Below are positions 10,269 to 17,967 of a DNA stretch of 64,000 nt, one piece after another. A model generated the notes under the pieces. It ran no database searches, was not told the origin of the DNA, and saw nothing but the letters and a program-made list of their open reading frames with translations. How positions within the stretch are numbered: the stretch's first letter is position 1; each line of letters opens with the position of its first letter. The DNA is taken from positions 248,001-312,000 of IMG/VR virus record IMGVR_UViG_3300032315_001715; one strand, written 5' to 3'. The translations under genes and the position numbers were made by a program.

Positions 10269-10595
10269 TTACGCTCCCACCTTTGGTACAAATGGCGGCG
10301 ACATTGGCGCCATCGGCTGAGGTGTCATTGGCGCCATCGGCTGGGGTGCCATTGGCGCAACTGGTTCCGCTGCATCATTTGATGCGGGTGCCGGCACGGT
10401 GGTCTGTAAAAACTGAGAAACTCGATCGAATACGGATCCGATCTGTCCTAGTTCGTTGCCCTTAAACGCACCGCGCTGAGTTGCTATATCCACGATTATC
10501 AGTAGATTTTGCAAATCCTGCAGGCTCAAGTTTGGACCTGAGGCTGGTTCTGAGACTCGAATTGGTTGTTGTAATTCGGTAGATATGGTAGACAT
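10269..10595 (-). CDS. Hypothetical protein with PMAPQ repeats
   Basis: AAGGAG Shine-Dalgarno before MSTIS; LSLQDL..IVD.ATQRGAFK motif; PMAPQPMAPMTPQPMAPM tail. Confidence 0.7.
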   Translation of the reverse strand: MSTISTELQQPIRVSEPASGPNLSLQDLQNLLIIVDIATQRGAFKGNELGQIGSVFDRVSQFLQTTVPAPASNDAAEPVAPMAPQPMAPMTPQPMAPMSPPFVPKVGA

Positions 10596-10649
10596 TGATG
10601 ATCTCCTTGGCTCCATCAAGCATAGCCAAGGAGATCACCTAATGTCAAC

Positions 10650-11204
10650 CTAATTACGATCCGGACGGATTACGGTTACCAGTCGGTCGTCCCAGTTTAG
10701 ATACTGCAACCATTTCTCGCTGGGAACCCTGATCGGCATCTTCTTTGCGTTGTCCAATAGCCTATAGTAATCCGGCTTCACTGGTACCGTGCGAGGCTTC
10801 ATGGTATTCTTGTGCCCCTTGATGCTGTTGCAGACATAGCAAGCACAGACCACGTTCTCCCACTTGGTCTTACCGCCCTTGACCCGTGGTATCACGTGGT
10901 CGATTGTGAGGTCGTGGCTTCCCAACGTTTTGTCACAGTACTGGCAAGTGAAGTTGTCTCGGATCAACAGGTTGGTGCGGCTGAACCTAACACCGTGCTT
11001 CTTCTTGATGAAGGTGGACGATATGATCACAGCTGGCACTGGCATGCTGGTGCTTGGGCTGTGTACCATCCAATCCTCATAAAATTCTACCGGCTTGGCA
11101 TGCCCGAGGAACGAGATCCTGATCGCGTCCTTCCAGCTGATGCTGCTGATGGGTATGATGCTAAGAGGATTGTAATCTGCGTTTAAGACCAGGGTTGCAG
11201 GCAT
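10650..11204 (-). CDS. HNH endonuclease (McrA-like)
   Basis: LVLNADY.PL, RDNFTCQYC, TIDHVIPRVKGG..WENVVCAC..CN..KG. Confidence 0.9.
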   Translation of the reverse strand: MPATLVLNADYNPLSIIPISSISWKDAIRISFLGHAKPVEFYEDWMVHSPSTSMPVPAVIISSTFIKKKHGVRFSRTNLLIRDNFTCQYCDKTLGSHDLTIDHVIPRVKGGKTKWENVVCACYVCNSIKGHKNTMKPRTVPVKPDYYRLLDNAKKMPIRVPSEKWLQYLNWDDRLVTVIRPDRN

Positions 11205-11233
11205 GTTTCTTCTACCATTCTACATGTACACTA

Positions 11234-11261
11234 ACTATAGTGTCAAACACACGCATGTCAA
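11234..11261 (-). promoter_or_regulatory. Sigma70-like promoter TTGACA-N16-TATAGT
   Basis: Read directly upstream of the HNH gene on the - strand. Confidence 0.65.
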
Positions 11262-11266
11262 CGATA

Positions 11267-11455
11267 TTAACTGAAGATATCATACCATAGCTTAATGGCC
11301 CCGCCGATGATGCTTACAAAGCTAACCCCAAAGACTGCTGTGCTTGCAATCAAGCTTTCGTAGATGTTCTCAATGCTTGATGCTAGATATCCTGCAATGC
11401 AAAATGCAAAAAATACGGCCAAAAATATGACGAGCTTTTGAAATACCCAATGCAT
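11267..11455 (-). CDS. Small membrane protein
   Basis: Two hydrophobic segments in 62 aa. Confidence 0.5.
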   Translation of the reverse strand: MHWVFQKLVIFLAVFFAFCIAGYLASSIENIYESLIASTAVFGVSFVSIIGGAIKLWYDIFS

Positions 11456-11521
11456 CGTGAGACCTTACTCCATATAAAAATTATTTATGTTTTTTTGATA
11501 AAATCTTATACTTGTAAAATC

Positions 11522-12298
11522 ATGAGAATTTTTGTCACAACACCGGTGGTAAAAGGTGGTAGCAGCATACTATCATGGCTCCTCGGACAACACAGCTATT
11601 TAAATCATTCTCCGCTCGTAGAAATGATTGAGCTCGGTGCCATGCTCAACGTTCTTGATCATGTGCCGAGATGGATCAGAGATCTCGGCCCCCATGGTCA
11701 AAGCGCAGGGAAGCCGGAGATATTGGACAAAATTAGGAATTTTACCGACGATTTGATCAATCCGCACGATCATCCATATGCTGCCGTTAAGTTTACAAAT
11801 TTTTCTTCCTACCAATGGCTACGACATGTGTTTCCAAACGATCGTATCGTGGTGATCGTGCGAGATCTAGCTGATTGGTATGCAAGCGTTAAGGGTTGGA
11901 ACACAACCAGGCACGGTGGATGGACCATCGGAATGGTTGATCGATTGATAACACTGTCCGCATCGAGCCTTCGAGATTTGCCAGACATAAAGATCGTGCA
12001 CCTCGAGGATCTAATACATCGTCCACACGATACCATGGCATTGGTGCATTCATATCTCGGGTTGCCGATCGAACCGATCAGCTTGATCGGACAAGAACAG
12101 ATTTTCAGCTCATATAGCAGCGATCCGACAAGTTATTCGGCACCTCCTTCTGAAGCCTTGATCTCCAGTCCAATCGGACGGAAGAATGCTCTAACCATCG
12201 AGGAACGTCTGCATGTTGATCGGATTAACAAGAATAATCGGCTGATAGCCGAGGTACTATATTCGGATTCTAGGCGATTATTTCATGCCGATCTTTGA
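11522..12298 (+). CDS. Sulfotransferase-family protein
   Basis: N-terminal PVVKGGSSIL (5'-PSB-like), IVVIVRDLADWYAS (3'-PB-like), VHLEDLIHRP..M..V..YLGL; isolated + strand gene. Confidence 0.6.
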   Translation: MRIFVTTPVVKGGSSILSWLLGQHSYLNHSPLVEMIELGAMLNVLDHVPRWIRDLGPHGQSAGKPEILDKIRNFTDDLINPHDHPYAAVKFTNFSSYQWLRHVFPNDRIVVIVRDLADWYASVKGWNTTRHGGWTIGMVDRLITLSASSLRDLPDIKIVHLEDLIHRPHDTMALVHSYLGLPIEPISLIGQEQIFSSYSSDPTSYSAPPSEALISSPIGRKNALTIEERLHVDRINKNNRLIAEVLYSDSRRLFHADL

Positions 12299-12841
12299 AT
12301 GCCGATGGTAGGTCTCGGCCGGATCCGTAAACTTCTTGGTTCCTAGATACAGGGTTTCTCGCATTGGAAACCTTTCGTTCATTTGTAGAAGGCTTTCGTG
12401 ATCACTTCTTGATTGCAACGCAACCAGGGAATTCATCGGAATGCGGTCAAACCACTCGATACCGTTGATATCGTTGCAACTGGTGTTTATTACCAACAGC
12501 TGATTAATGGGTTGCTGGTACATTAGATGATTGGCATCGGCAGTTACTATGCTAACACGATCACCTAGATAACCGAGCAACATCTGGCTGATGCGTGTAT
12601 GTTCTGGGTTGATGTCGTTGATGATCAATGATTCAAACGCTATGTTATAGCGCGACAGGATGAGGCCGATGTTGCCGTACCAAGCTCCTAGGACCACAAT
12701 GGCTTCAAATCCGCAGATCTGCTTCTTATCCATGGCATTGACAATTTCTTGGCATAGCCACATTTTGCTAAAAACAAGATCCTTGGTAAAAGACCCTTCA
12801 AATGTGTTCGGACTATCTTCGTTTAATGTAATACGGTTCAT
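12278..12841 (-). CDS. Class I SAM-dependent methyltransferase-like protein
   Basis: SKMWL, VVLGAWYG, NDIN, TADAN, INTSC; TAAATA (12848-12853, - strand) just upstream of MNRITL. Confidence 0.55.
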   Translation of the reverse strand: MNRITLNEDSPNTFEGSFTKDLVFSKMWLCQEIVNAMDKKQICGFEAIVVLGAWYGNIGLILSRYNIAFESLIINDINPEHTRISQMLLGYLGDRVSIVTADANHLMYQQPINQLLVINTSCNDINGIEWFDRIPMNSLVALQSRSDHESLLQMNERFPMRETLYLGTKKFTDPAETYHRHSKIGMK

Positions 12842-12845
12842 CAAC

Positions 12846-13145
12846 CTATTTATTTGGAGATGATTTTTCGTCGTCAAACAGCTGGCTGTAGATCTTGAGC
12901 TTTTCTTTCTTTTTCATCCTGTGCAGATTGAGCTCATACGAGCTGATACCAAATCGTTCTTGCACTATATCAATCATGGCCAGCACATCACCGATCTCCA
13001 TGGCAAGGAGATCTCGGTTAGAATGGGGATTTTGGCCCCTATTGGTCGAATCCGGTCCCCAACGCTTGATCTTGGATGCTGCTTGGATGACCTCGGCACA
13101 TTCCTCTTGTAGTATGTCTAGGGCTTGCATATCCAGAGAATTCAT
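12846..13145 (-). CDS. MazG-like nucleotide pyrophosphohydrolase
   Basis: ILQEECAEVIQA..LAMEIGDV. Confidence 0.75.
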   Translation of the reverse strand: MNSLDMQALDILQEECAEVIQAASKIKRWGPDSTNRGQNPHSNRDLLAMEIGDVLAMIDIVQERFGISSYELNLHRMKKKEKLKIYSQLFDDEKSSPNK

Positions 13146-13609
13146 GCCGTAGTTACCTCATCAAAGCCCTCGTCCTTGCTTGGACGTTCCAGCTGGCTCT
13201 TCATACCAAGCACCACGTTAGCTGGGATGTTTTTTCCTGGCCGAGATGCCAACCTACGTTTGAGCTCGTCATCATCAGGAGTAGCAAAGAAAACAGCTAC
13301 CTTGCGATAGTTCTCAGGGATCTCGGCCAGCTTGCTTGCTCGGCTTTTCTTCGTTAGATTCGTTTGGTCCCAGACGATGTTAGCACCATCCTTGATGGCC
13401 TGCTTGAGCTCTCGGTTCATCTGATGCGTAGCACCTTTGATCTCCTTCTGGAAGACCTCTGAATAGGTCTTGCCCTGTTCCTGCGCCTTGCGTTCGATGA
13501 CATTATCCGTACTGATCACACGGGTGTTGGTCCAATCAAACGATTGCTTGGCAAGCCAGGTGCTTTTTCCTGCGGCAGGGATTCCGATGAGCATGTACAG
13601 CGTGGACAT
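13142..13609 (-). CDS. AAA_33 / polynucleotide-kinase-like P-loop kinase
   Basis: LIGIPAAGKST, ISTD, WDQTNL..KSR, RPGKNIP. Confidence 0.8.
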   Translation of the reverse strand: MSTLYMLIGIPAAGKSTWLAKQSFDWTNTRVISTDNVIERKAQEQGKTYSEVFQKEIKGATHQMNRELKQAIKDGANIVWDQTNLTKKSRASKLAEIPENYRKVAVFFATPDDDELKRRLASRPGKNIPANVVLGMKSQLERPSKDEGFDEVTTA

Positions 13610-13623
13610 GTGATTCTCCTTGA

Positions 13624-13920
13624 TCATACTTTAATATCATCAACGGCATCTGTCGAGCTATTTTTCTCGGCATCCAATTCTTCTGAGGTCTTCCATTCGG
13701 TCTCCTCGCAATACTCGCAGTGGAATGCATCGCTGCCTTCTTCGCCCCACACGAACACGCAAGGGCCGTTCATGTCCCTGGTGAGGAAGATGTGATGGAA
13801 GATCAGCTTGCTGGGATTGCCGCCGAGATCCTCCATGAGCCGTGAGAGATCCTCCATGGTTTGATCCAGGATCTCTTCCGCCTTGGCGGGATCCGTGTTG
13901 TGCCACTGTAGCTGTATCAT
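13624..13920 (-). CDS. Hypothetical acidic protein
   Basis: ORF with ATGA overlaps on both sides. Confidence 0.6.
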   Translation of the reverse strand: MIQLQWHNTDPAKAEEILDQTMEDLSRLMEDLGGNPSKLIFHHIFLTRDMNGPCVFVWGEEGSDAFHCEYCEETEWKTSEELDAEKNSSTDAVDDIKV

Positions 13921-14246
13921 GTGCGTTTCCTGCTCCTGTTCCTGTTGGTCAGCTTCTTGATCTTCTCTCGATGCGTAAGCGTGGGATCGCTGAGTATTTC
14001 GTTGTTAATCCTCATGTTTTCTCGCATGCGATCAACACGTTCAAATGCACCGGTTTCATCTATGTGTTTTGCCCACGATCGTACTACCCACGGTTCAAAC
14101 GGAGAGCTCCAATTCGTCTCTCTGCGTTTAAACGCACGCTGATGGGCAGCACGTTGTTTTGCGGTGAGAAAATCCGGCTCCGGTTTGCCCGAACAGGTGT
14201 ATGGAGGTTTACGGCACCGCTTGGTACATTGTGCGCAGCTAGACAC
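13917..14246 (-). CDS. Hypothetical basic protein
   Basis: ORF in coupled gene run; N-terminal CxxC. Confidence 0.55.
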   Translation of the reverse strand: MSSCAQCTKRCRKPPYTCSGKPEPDFLTAKQRAAHQRAFKRRETNWSSPFEPWVVRSWAKHIDETGAFERVDRMRENMRINNEILSDPTLTHREKIKKLTNRNRSRKRT

Positions 14247-14249
14247 GAT

Positions 14250-14621
14250 TCAATCCCGCTGCAATGCAGCCGGAGGGGACTGATCCCCTCGCTGTTCAGC
14301 CTCGTTCATCACCCGCAGCATCCACTTGAGCATCTCAGGGTTGGGCCAATACTCAGCATAAGGCGTTCCTTTCTTAGGCGCCTTGAACACTTGGGCATAT
14401 TCGCAAAACACTCGAACATTGTGCCCGTTTTCATCAGCATACCAGGGCTCGCCGCCATACGTGGTCTTTTTCCAGTCATCAGGATCGTCGTCTCCCAGTA
14501 TCCCGTCTAGGCGGGCTTGCAGCCGATTGATCTCGTCGATTGCCATCTGATACCGCTCTTTTTCGATCACATACGGTGCGGTGGCTTTTGCAATCTCCAG
14601 TTTGTTTGCGATATCGTTCAT
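14250..14621 (-). CDS. Hypothetical protein
   Basis: GAGGA Shine-Dalgarno; tightly packed ORF. Confidence 0.65.
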   Translation of the reverse strand: MNDIANKLEIAKATAPYVIEKERYQMAIDEINRLQARLDGILGDDDPDDWKKTTYGGEPWYADENGHNVRVFCEYAQVFKAPKKGTPYAEYWPNPEMLKWMLRVMNEAEQRGDQSPPAALQRD

Positions 14622-14628
14622 GGTATCC

Positions 14629-14976
14629 TCAGCTATAGTGCGTGAACATGATCATGGTGAACGGCTTCTCCATGTAATGGGCAAACTGCGGCATCTTCTT
14701 CAGGAATTTGGCCTTGTAGCCGGCTTCCATCTCTGCAAACTTCGTGACATCAATCTCCTTGTAGACATCACCGCCTTCCATGCCCCAGCGGAAATCCCCG
14801 CTGTTATAGAGCTTGATACCAAGCACGTGATATTCGCCTGACATGTAATCAAACATATGCGAAGGAAGATCCTGCTCTCGATCATTTTCGAGATACTCTT
14901 CAAAGATCTCAAACAATTCGGCATCCCAAGGGAATCGTGCCCCGAGGAATCCGTAGATGTGTGTGGAAACGCCCAT
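14629..14976 (-). CDS. Hypothetical protein
   Basis: 115 aa ORF with phage-like codon usage. Confidence 0.65.
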   Translation of the reverse strand: MGVSTHIYGFLGARFPWDAELFEIFEEYLENDREQDLPSHMFDYMSGEYHVLGIKLYNSGDFRWGMEGGDVYKEIDVTKFAEMEAGYKAKFLKKMPQFAHYMEKPFTMIMFTHYS

Positions 14977-15196
14977 TTTACTCGTCCTTTTCTGTTACTA
15001 TGCGCACTACCGCGCTCATTGGATAGTGGTAATCGTTCAGCATTGGATCAACTTGAGGTCATCCTTGCACACTTAGATGCACATGTGATCATGCTTGATC
15101 ATTTGTTACCATTTGTGCTCGAGGTATTGCGATACAATTCCAGGAATTCGTTGATCTTGGTCTTGTCCAAGGAGTCACCATAAGCTTGCAGCTCTG

Positions 15197-15562
15197 CTAG
15201 GAGCTCTGGACTGATGTATCCTGCCTAACAGGTGGGGGTTCCACCTGTATAGGCTTCCACAGCTTGGCGAACTTCAGCACGTTTGGTAGCTGCTCATTTT
15301 CACAGGGCACAGGCACCGCACAGCTTTTTTCGCCGTTCAGCGTCTTGTTCTCATGCCCCAAATACACACCTGGCAAGGCCGCGATCTTCTCGAATTCCTT
15401 GCGGTTTACCCTGACCACACACTTCTTGAAGCTGTTCTTGAGCCAGGCATCATAATTTTCGTCTCCTGAATGTGCTAGATGTGCGCCCAATACCGCATGT
15501 GCCACCAAGGTGGGCGTCATGTGATCGGGAAACTCATCCAGCACTGCAATATATAGTTTCAT
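15197..15562 (-). CDS. PTH2-family peptidyl-tRNA hydrolase-like protein
   Basis: KLYIAV..VAHAVLGA..W..SFKKCVVRV..E pattern. Confidence 0.55.
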   Translation of the reverse strand: MKLYIAVLDEFPDHMTPTLVAHAVLGAHLAHSGDENYDAWLKNSFKKCVVRVNRKEFEKIAALPGVYLGHENKTLNGEKSCAVPVPCENEQLPNVLKFAKLWKPIQVEPPPVRQDTSVQSS

Positions 15563-16164
15563 GATTCAGCTCCATTGTCTCGATAACCCCACGCGGCATC
15601 TCCCCAGAGATGCCGCGCTTCGTTGACCCGGGTCTGCGTGCCGAGGTTCTTGCGAACCGTGTCAACCACTGCTGCGTGAAAATCAAAGTCCGAAGCGTCC
15701 CAGGCTCGGAAGATCACGCTGCGCAGATTCTGCTCAAACCCAGGCGCCCACTCCATGGCAAACGCCTTGCGATCAGCACCAAACACGTTCTTGGCACCGA
15801 TATACGCCAGCTGCCAGCGTCCAGCAGTATCCTGCACGCCATGCCAGAACGCACCCTCGAAACGCTCGAGATTGCGCCGATCATCCTCGGGCAGGAATGC
15901 CTTGACATCGTCAAGCTTCTCGTCGAGGATCATCTCGATCACGCCGTTCTCGCGCAGGATCTGATCCTTGGCCTTGTGGATGGTCACGTACTCCTTGCCC
16001 TTGAGCTTGAGCATGTGGCCGTCATCAAAGCGGATGATCCAGCCTTCCTGGCCCTGGAGATCATGGGTTTCCGCCAGCAGGTGCTCCATGCTGGCGGTGG
16101 TGCCGGGATACTGACGCACTACAGGAATATTGTACCTGTTGGCAAGGGTCTTCATGGTCATCAT
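15559..16164 (-). CDS. RNA ligase 1 (T4 Rnl1-like), C-terminal fragment
   Basis: Motif IV QEGWII and motif V MLKLKGKEY; MKTLANRYNIPVV continues the upstream fragment. Confidence 0.8.
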   Translation of the reverse strand: MMTMKTLANRYNIPVVRQYPGTTASMEHLLAETHDLQGQEGWIIRFDDGHMLKLKGKEYVTIHKAKDQILRENGVIEMILDEKLDDVKAFLPEDDRRNLERFEGAFWHGVQDTAGRWQLAYIGAKNVFGADRKAFAMEWAPGFEQNLRSVIFRAWDASDFDFHAAVVDTVRKNLGTQTRVNEARHLWGDAAWGYRDNGAES

Positions 16165-16168
16165 CTGC

Positions 16169-16174
16169 TAAATA
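16169..16174 (+). promoter_or_regulatory. Late promoter core TAAATA for the antisense GIY-YIG gene
   Basis: ctgcTAAATActctttGAGAGGtgttgtATG. Confidence 0.6.
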
Positions 16175-16192
16175 CTCTTTGAGAGGTGTTGT

Positions 16193-16816
16193 ATGAACAG
16201 TTACTACGTGTACTCTATAACAGACCCATTAACCTGTCAACCGTTTTATATCGGGAAAGGTTCAAAGAAACGGGCATGGTCACATACATCCAAAGATGCT
16301 AAATCAAAACGGGTTAGGGATAAAATCTCGTCAATACGCAAGCGTGGTCAAGAACCAATAGTTGGTATTATACAGGATCAGCTTGACGAGGACGCTGCAT
16401 ACGAATTAGAGAAATCATTGATTTCTAGATATGGTAGAAAAGACTATGATCCAAACGGAATTTTAATGAACATCTGTGAAGATAGTCGTCCCCCAAAGAA
16501 AAAATTTCAAACTTTGGAAACACGACGGAAGATTTCTCTAGGAATGCAGGGAAAGAACAAAGGTAAAACTACCTGGAACAGGGGTAAGAAATTTTCTAGA
16601 GGTTGTCAGTCTAGAAGCCAAACAACTAATATTATGAAAACGAGAATACTCAATCTTATGAATAGATTGTGGAGTCATTACGAAACTATTAATGACTCCA
16701 CAATCAAGCTTTCTAGGCAACAAGGTATCATTGCAAACAATTCACCCATATCCGAGGCTGCGATAATACATTTCTTTGGCCGCGCTATCATTCGTAAGGA
16801 AGATATTCTCCAGTAA
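16193..16816 (+). mobile_element. Free-standing GIY-YIG homing endonuclease inserted antisense inside the RNA ligase gene
   Basis: YYVYSITDP...PFYIGKG..KR, E..LISRYGR..G.LMN; AT-rich; fills the gap between the two ligase fragments. Confidence 0.85.
16665..16705. repeat. Perfect 16-bp inverted repeat with 9-nt loop inside the endonuclease ORF
   Basis: GATTGTGGAGTCATTA-cgaaactat-TAATGACTCCACAATC. Confidence 0.9.
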
Positions 16817-17408
16817 AGTTGTTCCTGATGGCAGTCAGGATGAGATTATCTTCTGGATAATCAATTACAATCCGTTGCTTCCTTGAGACCCATTCAAAAA
16901 TTGGGGTCAATCCATTTGATAGGCATTCACGGATGAACTGATCATAGTTCGGATGATCCACGAGCCACACCTCAGCCTGCATGCTGACATCGGTGACGCC
17001 CATCTTGGTGCCCAGGCGATATGCGTCACCGATGGGAACCGGGCGGACCATGCTGCCATCCAGCTTTTCCAGGATCACATGCGGTTGACCAAGATCAATG
17101 CGATCAATCTGGGTTTCGTCGCGCTCGTTCACGTTGAAGAACTTGTGATACGGGCGAGAGATCAACTGGCCAGACTTGTCAAAGATCAGGCCACGGCATT
17201 CACGCCGGATGGCCTTGGCACGGGTAGCCTCAGCACGCATGCGCGGCGAGCCACCAGCGGTATGGACGCCCGGAAAGGTGTCAGGACCGCTCACCAGGTA
17301 GTTCACCACAAAGCCCCATTCTCGCTCGGCAATGATGAACTCCTTGGCGTCCTTGACCACGGCTCGGACCTCATCTAGATGCTGTAGCTTGGGAAATTCG
17401 TAACGCAT
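16788..17408 (-). CDS. RNA ligase 1 (T4 Rnl1-like), N-terminal fragment
   Basis: ECRGLIFD, RPYHKFFNVNE, motif I EKLDGS, motif III TPIFEW, motif IIIa LILTAIR; stops at TGEYLPYE TGA TAG. Confidence 0.85.
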   Translation of the reverse strand: MRYEFPKLQHLDEVRAVVKDAKEFIIAEREWGFVVNYLVSGPDTFPGVHTAGGSPRMRAEATRAKAIRRECRGLIFDKSGQLISRPYHKFFNVNERDETQIDRIDLGQPHVILEKLDGSMVRPVPIGDAYRLGTKMGVTDVSMQAEVWLVDHPNYDQFIRECLSNGLTPIFEWVSRKQRIVIDYPEDNLILTAIRNNFTGEYLPYE

Positions 17409-17432
17409 GTTGCAGCCCTCTTTTGATACTGC

Positions 17433-17460
17433 ATATTAGCATCGACCCGATACAAGTCAA
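17433..17460 (-). promoter_or_regulatory. Sigma70-like promoter TTGACT-N16-TAATAT
   Basis: Directly upstream of the ligase N-terminal fragment. Confidence 0.65.
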
Positions 17461-17511
17461 TGGTATTTTACGGGTTTTCTTCCTTGTATTACAGTGGGTT
17501 ACAAAACTGCA

Positions 17512-17650
17512 TCAGTCCTGGCTGTAGTTTGGTGCGCTCTTGGTGACCTGCACATCATGTATGTGGCTTTCACGAAGTCCGGCCCCGGTGATACGCCGGT
17601 TCAAGCAGCACATCGTCAAATGCCAACGCTTCCTTGATGGTGATCTCCAT
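17512..17650 (-). pseudogene. guaB: IMP dehydrogenase relic: N-terminus joined out of frame to C-terminus
   Basis: [20 protein letters not shown] followed in another frame by [26 protein letters not shown]; these match GuaB termini (EALTFDDVLL.P and [23 protein letters not shown] in E. coli). Confidence 0.85.
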
Positions 17651-17967
17651 CACGTGATCTCCTCTATGATCCATTCATCAAGCACCACCTCAAGCATTTT
17701 GTATTCTCCGATGATACCGTGATCGAGATCCTTGGCACTATTGACTAGATGGTGCGTGTAATAATGCGTTCCAATCTGCTTCAGGCTCGGCCGTCTGGTA
17801 TATGCCTTGCCGTCCTTGCTGAGATTGCTCTTGATGTATCGCGGGATCAGCTCATAAACGGAAGAATCATCCGAGAGCTTGACCCTAACGTTGCGACTGT
17901 GGCAAAAATACATACCGGAAGGTAGATGCTTGATGCGATATACCGTTGGCATCAGACGATACCCCAA
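17650..17967 (-). CDS. Hypothetical protein
   Basis: 105 aa ORF; TGATG overlap with the guaB relic. Confidence 0.6.
   Translation of the reverse strand: MGYRLMPTVYRIKHLPSGMYFCHSRNVRVKLSDDSSVYELIPRYIKSNLSKDGKAYTRRPSLKQIGTHYYTHHLVNSAKDLDHGIIGEYKMLEVVLDEWIIEEIT

Noticed and set aside
10290-10365. Direct repeats ATTGGCGCCATCGGCTG
   Set aside because: They simply encode the PMAPQ peptide repeats of the 10269..10595 protein; not a non-coding array.
14977-15196. Coding-looking frame (AGYISPELLAELQAYGDSLDKTKINEFLELYRN) after the PTH2-like gene
   Set aside because: No start codon, and it is bounded by an in-frame TAG. It could be a decayed gene or frameshifted extension but cannot be supported as a feature.
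16165-16787. Group I intron explanation for the RNA ligase interruption
   Set aside because: The interval is almost wholly occupied by the antisense GIY-YIG ORF and I could not find P7/R-S core sequences. Not formally excluded without RT-PCR or Infernal.
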